Shown here piece after piece: positions 36,363-47,399 of a DNA stretch of 64,000 bases. Source of the stretch: Azolla caroliniana (Eukaryota > Plantae > Polypodiophyta); contig JBHGNT010000015.1 of the NCBI GenBank assembly GCA_043228905.1, positions 7,750,001 through 7,814,000 on the forward strand, given 5' to 3'. The translations under genes and the position numbers were made by a program. Below the pieces are notes generated by a model. That model was not told where the DNA came from, searched no databases, and saw only the letters and a list, made by a program, of their open reading frames with translations. Positions within the stretch are counted from its first letter, which is position 1, and each line of letters starts with the position of its first letter.

Positions 36363-37112
36363 AATGTGAGCTCTTGGAACCGATATCGGCTTGAGGTTCC
36401 AAGGTACATGTGGCACCGTAAAAATCACCATCGGCTCTATCATCTTCGGGTAGGCACATCCGATCTCTTGTGGAGAGAAGGCAAAGGCTTTCCCATGTCT
36501 CTCAAGCATTCCGCGGAACATTCTCTCCTCTTCGGGGAGAAGGAAATCTTCCCTTCCAACTTGTAGCTTTCCTTTCGTCACTTTGGTGAAGACATGACCT
36601 ATTGCCTTTGGATCCCTTAAGCTCGGATCATTGGCAACTTCTTTCATCTTCTGCCAGCTATCTTCCGGTAGCGGAACCGCAACTGGCTTGATCTTCTTAT
36701 CCACCGTTTTATATTTTGTGTTGACTTCAGCTTCCTCCATCAAGATGCCTCGATGATATTCATCGATGATAGCGTATATGTTGACAGAGTTAACTGAAAT
36801 CACATTTTGATCGTGAGGGTAGCTCAAGTCCACGACTTCCTCGATTTCACCGATGGTGTCGTTAAATGAGGCTTCCTCTAGAATATGAGACACGAATTCT
36901 TCTTCTTCGATTATGCTTTCTTCTTTCAACATCTTCTCGAAGTCTTGTATCTTACGCTTGTCCTTCTTGTTGAGTACTGTTAGTTTACATGCGCCACTAG
37001 GTGTCACACATGTTGCTTCTCCTTGCGATCCACTTATTTCGCTTCCTTGTGGGGACTTATGATTGCTCGGACTATTTGTGCCCCACGCTTCAATAGTCCA
37101 CTCTAAAAATCC
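36357..37112 (-). pseudogene. pol: N-terminus of pol (RT) of C in the -1 frame
   Basis: Frame open from the slippery site into ORF 36348..37007. Confidence 0.8.
37049..37112 (-). promoter_or_regulatory. -1 ribosomal frameshift signal: G GAT TTT + predicted pseudoknot
   Basis: Heptamer directly before TAG, 6-nt spacer, stems GGACTATT/AATAGTCC and GTGGGG/CCCCAC. Confidence 0.75.
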
Positions 37113-39262
37113 GAGGATTCGCCTCCAAGGCTATCTCGGTTCCTTTCGTGATTAGCCCGCACCGTAAGGAATTGAACAGATCTTTGATTGTCAAGGCTCT
37201 TGACTCGCGCGAAGGCCACTCCGTTATCGAACACCTTAGTCTCCATCCAGGACGATGTGATATATGGTTGTCCTAGGATGACGGGATGTGAAGCCGAGTC
37301 TTGCACGAAGAAGTGTTGATCCATCTCCACATCTCCGATCGTGACTTTAACATTGGGGCAAGCTCCGTACAGGTCTTCCGTGGCCTTCGTTGCCGCTCGT
37401 ATCTTCCATCCATGGTTTGTGTTGATCAGCCATCTTCCTTTCTTGTAGAATTCGGTCGACATGAGGTTGATCTCCGAACCATGGTCAATCAAGGCTACCA
37501 CGGTCTCCTTCTTCTCTCCGATCTTCACCGGCATCTCCGTTGTCTCTCTTGCCCAATGAGGCCGAGAGTAATGGCTGTCCGCCATCACTTCTTCTTCCTC
37601 CTCCTCTTCGGATCTTGCCATGGTTATGGCACTTTGTTGCCGCTTCCGCTTAATCAAGTCCACGATAGTATCGTGGAACTCCTTCTTAGCGATCCCAAGT
37701 AGCTCTCTCAAAGTAAGGTCGACATGACTGTCTAAAACCTTCTCCTCAAGGACCTTCCGCAAGTTGGTTGTTTGTTCTATGTCCGACCTTAGATTGTAAG
37801 TCGGCGCCACTCGTTCCTTTCCTTTCTTCACATATTCATCGACTTCCATCCGAGAAGGTTGGCTCGATCCACCGGGCTTCATGCTTGTTTCTCCTATCTC
37901 TTTTCGTGGCGTAGGTTGGGCTTGTCCTTCTTTCCCTGCATTCCTTGTATTGTGACACTTTGAGGTGCCATCTTCTTCACCGGTTCTTTTCCTCTTCTCT
38001 TCGACAAGAGCCTCATAGTTGTCGCACACAACCTCCGCAAAGCTTGTATTATCGTCGACTGGATCCGACCATCTGGTTACTCATCGCACATTCCAATCAA
38101 CATGTTTGAGATCCTCCAAATCTATTTTTCCTTTCTTTTCACACTCGAATACCGTTGGCCAAAACCCAATACCCGGCTTGATCGTCTTTAGATTCTCTCT
38201 TCCAACTCGTATTCCCGCCGATGCGGCGTAGTGCATGGCTTCCACATGCCTTGCATCTTCCTCTTCCACAATCTTTTTCAGCCTGCCTCTTCCGAAGTTC
38301 ACTCGTAGCGGCTTTCGGGTCTCGCTCGAGTGAATCATGTTGCCGTCCAAATAGACGACATTCTTGCGAATCGCGTCTTGCAAGTCAGTGCACTCCCTTC
38401 GTGAGTGCTCGAAGCTGTTGCACCACACACATCTATATGCTTCTTTTCCCTTTGGCACGCGTCGACCTAAGTTGGCCAACGATACCGCTTCAAACTTCTT
38501 GGAGAGCTCTTCGATTATAGATTCCTCCATCGCTTTCTTGTCGAAATTGTTGATTGGCTTGTTAGACTCAATCGTCACAGGTGCATTCCTCCTCCACGAT
38601 TGTGGATTCTCCATATCAGTTTCCTCTTCCCATTGTCGACGCTTATCAAGACGGCTACAAGCCTTCTTCACCGCTGCCCAGTCCGCCACCAAGCCATTTG
38701 GTTGTGTTTCATCCTCCAAAAAGTTACCCAATTCACGTTGATCTTTGGCATCCACTGCCTTCAGGAATAGTAGGACTTTATCTCCATCGAGAACTCGTTG
38801 ATCAACACTCGAAAGTCGGTTATACTTCTGGTCGAATTCGACATATACTCCAGACGCACACATATTCTTCCCTTTCTTCTCGATCCAAGACATTAGCGTA
38901 TGCCGAGTCATCCGCGATGCGTCTTCAAGCATGTATTCAGCGAGAAGCGCCTTTTCGAACTCCACTCAAGTTGCATGCTCGGTTTGGATCTCCATGATGC
39001 GCTCGCGGATCTGTGATTCCACCACACATTTGAAGCTAGAAATTTGTTTGAGATCGTTGACATCCCTTTGTTGCATCTCGTTCCAATAGGTAGCAAGAAG
39101 ATCCGTGATGTTCTTGCCACCAAATCGTCCAGCTATCTCTACCGTACGATCAACAGCTTTGTCGATTAAAGCTTCTCGATCTCTCACCTTCAGCATGTAT
39201 TCCACTATGGACACCATACCTTTCGTTAATTCCTCTCCTTGAGTTCCACTTGTTGAAGCCAT
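37103..39262 (-). pseudogene. gag: gag-protease ORF of C (two nonsense codons)
   Basis: Three same-frame ORFs; CVWCNSFEHSRREC knuckle; aspartic protease. Confidence 0.87.
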
Positions 39263-39293
39263 TGTTGCAGTTGATATCCTTCCTACCGCCTCT

Positions 39294-39311
39294 TTCACGT
39301 CGGGTTCACCA
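39294..39311 (-). promoter_or_regulatory. 18-nt PBS TGGTGAACCCGACGTGAA (tRNA-Trp)
   Basis: Complementary to plant tRNA-Trp 3' end as remembered; identical copy at 43105-43122. Confidence 0.85.
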
Positions 39312-39989
39312 CTTGATTATGTCATGAAAATCCGTCACTATGTGCGGATCGTGAGGCGGAACCGCCGGGGTTCTGGACTAGAAGGATTTAGTGCAACACG
39401 TACAACACAAGCAAGTTTTAAGCATAAGACAAATGGGAGAGACAAATCATTTGTTTATTGCAAAAGAAAATCGATTCTTTATAATTTCAGAATCGTGTTA
39501 CAATGGGTTGGGTATGGAAATGAGAGATTAGTTTTTCAAAGAAAGGAGCCAACAACCATGCAAGGAGTGGTTCGATATGAGTACGAGAGATCATTTTTTA
39601 CAAGAAAGCTCAAGTAAACAAAGCTAAGAGTTTGATATCAATATGTGAGATAATTTTCTTCTCGAATCCGAGAGAGAAGAAGAAAGAAGGGGGGGGAAAA
39701 AAAGAAGGAAAAAAAACTAGGAGGGAAAAAATGGGACATATATCGAGCTCCTCGTTGATCCTCCTCCCCAACTTTACTTTGCATGCCCACTTTTAGTCGG
39801 AAGGCCTCTATTTTTCGTTGCATGGCCTCTGCTTTTAGTCGCATGCTTCCATTTTTAGATGCATGCCTTTTTACTTTTAGTTGCATGGCCTTGGCTTTTG
39901 GTTGCATGCGATTGTCCGTATAATTCGGCCAAATGACACAATCATCCATAAAGTTTAGCCCGTGCGCAATTCGTACGTGCATCGCAACC

Positions 39990-40332
39990 AAACTGTAGAC
40001 GCGTCAGCGCGCAAAAGTCTCGACCACGTAGTAGTGTACGCATCCACGCATGCGCACGTCCCGACCGCGCCGTAGTGTACGCATCCACGTGCGCGCGCGT
40101 CCAACCCGCACCGTATACACATCCGCGCACAAAAGTCTCATCCGCACCGTAGTGTATGCATCATCCACGCATGCGCGCGTGCGCACACACGCATCCGCAC
40201 CGCACATACGCGTCCGTCCAAAACGTCCACGCATACGTCCACGCATGCACACGTGCACACACACGCGTCCGCATATACGCATCCGTCCGAAACTTGCACA
40301 CGTGCGTCATGCGCACGTCCCGACCGCGCCGT
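39990..40332. repeat. CpG-rich alternating purine/pyrimidine array in C LTR (~260-bp duplication), continuing 43857-44150
   Basis: 40070-40300 repeated at 43857-44090. Confidence 0.88.
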
Positions 40333-40899
40333 TGTCGTGCCTTTCGGCTCCGGATCGTTTGCGTGAGTCGGGTGGGAACCACTGAGGTTTTGGACTAGGA
40401 AGAGGAGAGTTTTAAGGCTAATAAGAATATAAATATGTTGTAAGAAAGAGTTATAGCAAACTCGTGAATCCCACGAGTGTATTGTATTAGATTAATCAAT
40501 ATGAATATAAGAATATAAATTTGGGTTGAAAGAGAATGATATAGAATCCTCGTGAATCCCACGAGTATAGTTTATTAATTGGTGTTTTTTTTAGAAACAT
40601 ATCCAGTTTCCAAATATTTTTCACACATAATTACATTGTGCTTCCCATCCTTATGTAGTGATGAGGAAGTCTTAGTAATCCATGCTTTTTCTCTAACTAT
40701 AGACCCCATGCTTTTCCTATAGATAGACTATATGCTTTATCTAAAGTGATCATGCTTTTTCTAACTTGTGCGTTTTTTATCATGCACGCTAGATGTGTAT
40801 GTGTAGCTTTTTCTTTTGTTATGCGTTTTTCTAATGTTTATCCTAGCGTGAATTTACCTTTCTATGTGGGACATCTATGCTTTAACATTAATGAAATGC

Positions 40900-40956
40900 T
40901 AGTGTAATGGTAAGACATTACATTATTAACATGGAGGTGCAAGGTTCGAATCTTGC
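40900..40956 (+). promoter_or_regulatory. Pol III A-box/B-box-like pair inside D LTR (second copy 43694-43750)
   Basis: TAGTGTAATGG and GGTTCGAATC 43 nt apart; GCAAG/CTTGC stem around B box. Confidence 0.5.
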
Positions 40957-41054
40957 CCTATGCATGTTCCATTTATTTTGCTATTTTCTTCTATTTCTTC
41001 ATTTTTTATTGAATCTAATACTATATACGTTTTTCACGTAGTGTACAAAATACA

Positions 41055-43088
41055 CTACGACACTCGCCCCCTCCAAACCCGCACATCCTCCGGTATGTGC
41101 CGAAGTTGTTGGTGTTTGTTAGTCTCCTCCGTCCGGTCTCTACCCGATTGGTTTCGTTGCCGGCTCGTAGTATCCTCGACTTCTCTTGTTATGTTGACTT
41201 TGTCTCTCCATTTGGAGCACATCCATTCTTTCCACCCGAACCATTGTCGACATCCGATCCACCATAGTCTTCGTTCGCTTTTTTCATGGCCCGCTTGGTC
41301 CTTGTCATCCGCGGTAGTATCTTTTCTTGCCCTCTTTCTTTTCTTCATCAATCTCGACTTCTTTTCGGATTTTCGGTTTAGTCGGATTAGCTTACTTCCG
41401 ATTCGGTCTCGTCGGATCGTCTTTCGTTTAGTTCGGCTTCCTTTCCGATTTGTATTCGGTCGATCCGGACTCGGTTGATCGGTTTTTACCGATTCAGTGC
41501 TCTTTCGGGTCGGTTTCTTTTCTTTTCTTTTCGTCCGGATTTGCTTTCTTTTCTTCGTTTTCACCTGCCTTGTCCGGTTTGACTTTCGGCACTTCTTTCC
41601 GTTGTTCGCCACGTAGGTCCTCCGATATGTGCTCGTTGTTCGGTCCTCGTGTGGTTGTAATGCATGCTTCTTTTCTCGCCGTAGCGCGTGCTTCTTTATT
41701 CGCCATAACACGCGTTTCTTTATTCGCCGTAGAGCGTGCTCTGTATTACGCGCTTCTCCCGTCGTAGACCCGACCTCCGCATTGTCGCACTTTCTTTTAG
41801 ATTGGAATTTCGGATGGATCATTTTCCATCCGAACCAACTTCCGACTTTACCTTCCTCGCCGCCATCTCCCGTCTCTCCGGTCTCACGTTGGTTCTCGGA
41901 CACAACCGCCGAAGTCTCTAGATATTGTTGGCATGAATCCTCGGTATTACCTTCTTTCGTAGTTTCACCCTTAGCATTCTTCTCGGCTATCTCTTCATCG
42001 TATTCGTCGGCTTCGACATTCGTTTTCTCTCCGCCACCTTCCGTCTCTTCGGTCTCACGTTGCCTTTCGATCGCAACCGCCGGAGTCTCTGGAATCAGTG
42101 GTGGGGAAGTCTCGATATGGCAATCCGCCATTGATTCGTCCATAGCCACCTCCGATTCGATTTCGTCTTTTGTGGCTACCTCCTTAATCACATCCGCTTC
42201 ACACTCTTTATCTGCATCAATTATGCAAACATCTATTATGCTTACCCCTTTTTGACCCGATGTCTTGGGCACTTGTATCCCGAAATTTCCTTCTACACTT
42301 GAATTATCGGCCTTATCCTTCGCCATCGTTCTTTCACAAGACGAGTGGGTGTCTTGTTCCACTCTTTCTCCCATGGTACCATCATGTTGTATTTCAGCCT
42401 TCATATTGGCTTCATCGTTTTTCCTCAATCGACCATCCTTCATGGGCCATGTCGTTGTTGACGAGATTCTCAGCTTCCTTTCATCATGTCTTCGGCATAC
42501 CCTTTCGACTTTGGCCCAATCCTCGGTAAGACCGTTCGCACCGTCATCATCTTCGAGTTCGATCCCGATGTCCATCCTTTCTTTTCGATCGATCGATTTT
42601 ACGAACATTAGGACTTTATCTTCTCCCACCAATCGTTGTTCCCGCTCCGAGAGTCGAGCAAAACGATGCTCGAACTCTAGGAATGCTTGTGTTGCACTTC
42701 GGTGGGTCTTCTTCGATGCCACCCATTCGTCGAATTCTCGCCGATCTTGTCCATTCGATCTCTTGTAATCATATGACTCTCGTAAAGCTTCTTCGAATGA
42801 CCCCCATGTCGAGTTTTGTTGCCGTATCTTGTGGATTCTCTCTTGTAGCTCATCCGTGGCTACCCGACTGAAGGATATCACTTGCAATCCTTCCGGTATC
42901 CCACATCGTATCATCTCTGCCTTGTAGTCATGTAAATAGCGTGACACATTGTTTCCGTTGAATTGTCTGTTTCGTTGTACGAGCCGCTTTACTACTGCCG
43001 TGATCTCCGACATCGCTCGTTGTTCTTGTAGCATCCGTTCGAACATCATCATCATCGTTATGTTCATCTCCTCTTGTTGATTCTCCAT
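41055..43088 (-). CDS. gag: Gag-like protein with acidic middle and K/R-rich tail; no PR/RT/IN
   Basis: Uninterrupted ORF; FNGNNVSRYL and GEDKVLMFVKSID align to C gag (FGGKNITDLL, DGDKVLLFLKAVD). Confidence 0.8.
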   Translation of the reverse strand: MENQQEEMNITMMMMFERMLQEQRAMSEITAVVKRLVQRNRQFNGNNVSRYLHDYKAEMIRCGIPEGLQVISFSRVATDELQERIHKIRQQNSTWGSFEEALRESYDYKRSNGQDRREFDEWVASKKTHRSATQAFLEFEHRFARLSEREQRLVGEDKVLMFVKSIDRKERMDIGIELEDDDGANGLTEDWAKVERVCRRHDERKLRISSTTTWPMKDGRLRKNDEANMKAEIQHDGTMGERVEQDTHSSCERTMAKDKADNSSVEGNFGIQVPKTSGQKGVSIIDVCIIDADKECEADVIKEVATKDEIESEVAMDESMADCHIETSPPLIPETPAVAIERQRETEETEGGGEKTNVEADEYDEEIAEKNAKGETTKEGNTEDSCQQYLETSAVVSENQRETGETGDGGEEGKVGSWFGWKMIHPKFQSKRKCDNAEVGSTTGEARNTEHALRRIKKRVLWRIKKHALRREKKHALQPHEDRTTSTYRRTYVANNGKKCRKSNRTRQVKTKKRKQIRTKRKEKKPTRKSTESVKTDQPSPDRPNTNRKGSRTKRKTIRRDRIGSKLIRLNRKSEKKSRLMKKRKRARKDTTADDKDQAGHEKSERRLWWIGCRQWFGWKEWMCSKWRDKVNITREVEDTTSRQRNQSGRDRTEETNKHQQLRHIPEDVRVWRGRVS

Positions 43089-44469
43089 CTCCTTGCCACC
43101 CGTCTTCACGTCGGGTTCACCAACTGTGTCGTGCCTTTCGGCTCCGGATCGTTTGCGTGAGTCGGGTGGGAACCACTGAGGTTTTGGACTAGGAAGAGGA
43201 GAGTTTTAAGGCTAATAAGAATATAAATATGTTGTAAGAAAGAGTTATAGCAAACTCGTGAATCCCACGAGTGTATTGTATTAGATTAATCAATATGAAT
43301 ATAAGAATATAAATTTGGGTTGAAAGAGAATGATATAGAATCCTCGTGAATCCCACGAGTATAGTTTATTAATTGGTGTTTTTTTTAGAAACATATCCAG
43401 TTTCCAAATATTTTTCACACATAATTACATTGTGCTTCCCATCCTTATGTAGTGATGAGGAAGTCTTAGTAATCCATGCTTTTTCTCTAACTATAGACCC
43501 CATGCTTTTCCTATAGATAGACTATATGCTTTATCTAAAGTGATCATGCTTTTTCTAACTTGTGCGTTTTTTATCATGCACGCTAGATGTGTATGTGTAG
43601 CTTTTTCTTTTGTTATGCGTTTTTCTAATGTTTATCCTAGCGTGAATTTACCTTTCTATGTGGGACATCTATGCTTTAACATTAATGAAATGCTAGTGTA
43701 ATGGTAAGACATTACATTATTAACATGGAGGTGCAAGGTTCGAATCTTGCCCTATGCATGTTCCATTTATTTTGCTATTTTCTTCTATTTCTTCATTTTT
43801 TATTGAATCTAATACTATATACGTTTTTCACGTAGTGTACAAAATACACTACGACACCGTAGTGTACGCATCCACGTGCGCGCGCGTCCAACCCGCACCG
43901 TATACACATCCGCGCACAAAAGTCTCATCCGCACCGTAGTGTATGCATCATCCACTCATGCGCGCGTGCGCACACACGCGTCCGCACCGCACATACGCGT
44001 CCGTCCAAAACGTCCACGCATACGTCCACGCATGCACACGTGCACACACATGCGTCCGCATATACGCATCCGTCCGAAACTTGCACACGCGCATACATCC
44101 GAAGACATCCACGCGGCCATGTAGACGCACGTACGCCCGAAGCGTGTACACCACATAGTGTAGCCCAAGTCACCTTGAACATCCTATGCTCCACACATTG
44201 ATAGAATGAATATGTTTTGGTTTCCCTTATATATTCTAGGTTCCAATGTTGTCCTATCTATGTGGGATATCTCACAATTTTGTCTTTTCTTTTCTTTTCT
44301 TCAAACTTCACACTCACATAACTTGATACTTGTTTATCCGTTTTATGTATAGTAAAATACACTATGAAGCTCTTTAACACATCTATCTTTCCATATCCAT
44401 ATATTAAGGTAATCCTAAATAATTATTTTACTAGTTTTCATATCGTGTGTGAAAAACCACACGACAGCG

Positions 44470-45990
44470 TGAACCGTTTACATGCGTTACGTTTTTACTA
44501 TATTCTATATTTCTACGCTCCTGTCCATCGGTTACTATTCCAGCGGACAACATGTGGCTTGTCCAAATTGTAATCAGCGAGAGTATTTACACCTAGAAGG
44601 TTTAGGTTCATTGAAAGAACCTAGATCTCTGTCTACAGTTGAATTTTCCGTTGGGGATCTAGTGACCCCTCAATTTCAAGATCATGTTGAGCAACTTGTT
44701 CCAAATAATGCCTCACTAGCACATTTTCATGTACAAGTTATTTATAACATATTGCTTACTAGCAAAACAATAGGTACCTAAATCTTATTTTTTATTGTTG
44801 TAACTGCCAAAGTGACTTTGCCCTCCATCGCAGCAACCAATGTAACTTTCTCTAAATCAGTCTTAAAAAACTCCAATGTCTCATAGGCTTAAATTATGGA
44901 CATATTTTAGCATATAGATAATCAATGTCTCACCTGTATCATCGACATTGGCTTTCATTGTGTGTCGGTGTGGCGTATACTTGCGGATTAGTTGGGAGTC
45001 GGCAGTTGTATCATCAACTGCCATGCTCCAAAATCTTGCCATTTATTGTTGCAAGCTCCCCATCTTCCAGCATCTTTCTACCGATGCCTCACCATAAATT
45101 GCCCAAGCTACCTTGTACATTTCAGGGTCACAAGATTCCTTCATTGTTTTGCAATACTCGTATGCAAAAGTTCTAGCAAATGAAATGGACAACTCATTGT
45201 TGACCAGGATCTGTTGATGTACTTTCTGGTGCAGTCTCATGCACTCGTCGTACAAGTCTAGTCATACATGCTTGAGCTTGACCTTGCCTTTCACTCTAGG
45301 CACTTTATATACTGACATCCAGTCTACATCACTAATCAATCTATCTCTTAGAACAGCAAGGTCAATACCCTCGAGTGACAAACCATATATGTTGTGAAAG
45401 TCCTCCTTTGTCTAGCAAAATTTTGCAAAGTTCAACACTCTAGGATAGGGAGGAACGAGCCACCTGAAATACAAAATCAGTAATCCGAATTGGTGCAAAA
45501 TAGAATTTTTAATGTGAATTTGGTGAAAAATCACAACACTTTGAGATAGTAATTTGAAATTGGTAATCTGTCCTTTTCAACATGTATCAAAAATCATCCA
45601 CTTAAAAAATCAGAAACCCTAATTAGAATTTGTCATGAGAATTGGTACAAAATTACAATACATTGCGACAGTTATCAGAAATTTGTAACCATAAACTTGT
45701 AATCTGAAATTTGTAATCAAAAACCCTAAACCACTTAAGGAAAACACAAACCCTAATCATCACTAAAGGCAAAAATCAACCGTAATACGAAATTCTATCA
45801 ATTAGAAACACACCTGTTGCTACACCCCGACCTTCAAGACATCCTTATTTGGGACTCCAATGACTTCGCCCTATTCAATTTTTGGGAAAGATGAACAAGC
45901 ACCAAAGTTACAGACAATTATCATAAATGAAAAAAAAAGATTTTTTAATATGTAACTGATACATACCTAGACGAGGATTGAACTAGTCGT
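44470..45990 (-). pseudogene. Decayed multi-exon gene of unknown function, possibly a transposon accessory gene
   Basis: Protein-like frame 44932-45463 (RWLVPPYPRV...VAWAIYGE) with CAG/GT splice-like borders and C-to-T stops; further exon 44470-44777. Confidence 0.5.
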
Positions 45991-45991
45991 G

Positions 45992-46521
45992 TGTTGTAGC
46001 TCTGAAGGTGCAATGTCGATCTCAAAGTTTTTGTGTTGCTATGGGAGTTTCGTCTACATTCATGCTCAGAGCACTCCATGTGATTGAATACATAGTTTTA
46101 CATGGAAAGCCTTACATGGAAAACTACAAGAACAAAGATTCTACTATACACAACAGAGTACAGAAAATGGTTACAATCTTCTCTGATACACACAGAGGAT
46201 AAGCCGCTTAGGGTTCTAAGTAAGTTCTCTAAACTTTGTTGTCGTTCTCTCTCACGCTCACATACTCTCTCTTCTCTGTCACACTACCCTACAAAGGCTC
46301 ACACACTATATTGTTCAACACACACACCATGTTTTCCCTAAGTTTATTTATACTTATACACTGTATGGGCTATTTACAAATGTAGCCACTGCTAATGTCA
46401 TGACTATAATAACAATAATAGTTATTTGGCCAACTGATTGACTAATCGGTTCGACTAGTCGACTCCAGTGTTGACTATCCAATTGGCCTTATCTTCGACC
46501 ATCTGGTTGGCCTTCACAACA
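45992..46521 (-). repeat. LTR-like repeat, family M
   Basis: Similarity to 2607-2850; TGTTG...CAACA; boundaries and TSD unclear. Confidence 0.55.
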
Positions 46522-46559
46522 TCCCATAGAATCGGCCAAGTGATGGCTCAATAAAGGGA

Positions 46560-47345
46560 AGAGTGGCATACACCACATCATACACGCTCCACCCCGATGC
46601 ATAAGAATAATTATTATCGTAAGAGATGGTCGAAGAGAGGGGAGAATGGGAGATACATCGCAATATGCAAAAGGGCCATGAGTTGAGCATGTGCGTTTAG
46701 TGCAAACAACATGAGTTGAGCGTGTGCGACCCGATGCACGATAAGATTGTAAATCATATCGTCGTAGAAAGAAAACAAAAGAAAACATAATACAATTTTG
46801 ATTCGACCAAGAAGAATGCATCATAGAAAAGAAGAGAGATCGATAAAGAAGAATACCGGGTTAAGAATGTTGTTTTGATCCTGAGAAGAGCATGACGAGA
46901 TTTGTTAGATCCCCATCGCTCACACAAAAAAAACATCAAAACAACAAAAAAAATTGTTAGTAAATGTTCTTATACCACTGTTAAGAGTCTATTTTTAATC
47001 AATAGACCAAAATAAAGTAAAAGAAGGAAAATAGATTGGATAGAAGAACCCATTCCACCCGACCACCCCCGAGCTATGATCTAGTTATAGCCAACCTACC
47101 ACTGACGTCCCATACCGCCAGATATTAGGATGACTAATACCTTGGAAGAGATTACACGATCATCGAGACAAAAGCCTGCGTAATGTGCTTATGAGGGTAG
47201 CTAAGCCTCATATTTATACCTCTTCCTAGGCCCCTTGAATAGATGTGCCTATTGAAAAGGCTCTCCATTCATTGGTTGTCCAAATCATGATAGTGCATGC
47301 ACCTATCATTCCTTCTATCCAATCACATTAGTCCCCATTTTAACA
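46560..47345 (-). mobile_element. H-related LTR (46979-47345) with decayed PBS and leader
   Basis: Shared CACCCGACCACCCCCGAGC and GAGGGTAGCTA.GCCTCAT motifs; TGGTATAAGAAC. Confidence 0.6.
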
Positions 47346-47399
47346 TTAGTGAACATACATTTCACTTATGTAAATATTAGTGACCTACCCTCACCTACA

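Larger units (their letters stand above)
40333..43856 (-). mobile_element. Non-autonomous gag-only LTR element D (3,524 bp), very young
   Basis: 730-bp LTRs 40333-41062 and 43127-43856 with no difference seen; PBS 43105-43122; PPT 41063-41074; TSD CCGT. Confidence 0.96.
36357..44466 (-). mobile_element. Gypsy element C: 5' LTR (39320-44466, split by D), tRNA-Trp PBS, gag-PR, start of RT; 3'-truncated
   Basis: LTR termini match E; PBS 39294-39311; IDHGSEIN protease; MVIFTVPHVPW pre-RT motif. Confidence 0.88.

Noticed and set aside
40893-40965. Functional tRNA gene
   Set aside because: No convincing acceptor or anticodon stem; only the boxes and a T-arm-like stem
45610-45760. Interstitial telomere repeats (AAACCCTAA)
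   Set aside because: Isolated single telo-box-like motifs, not an array
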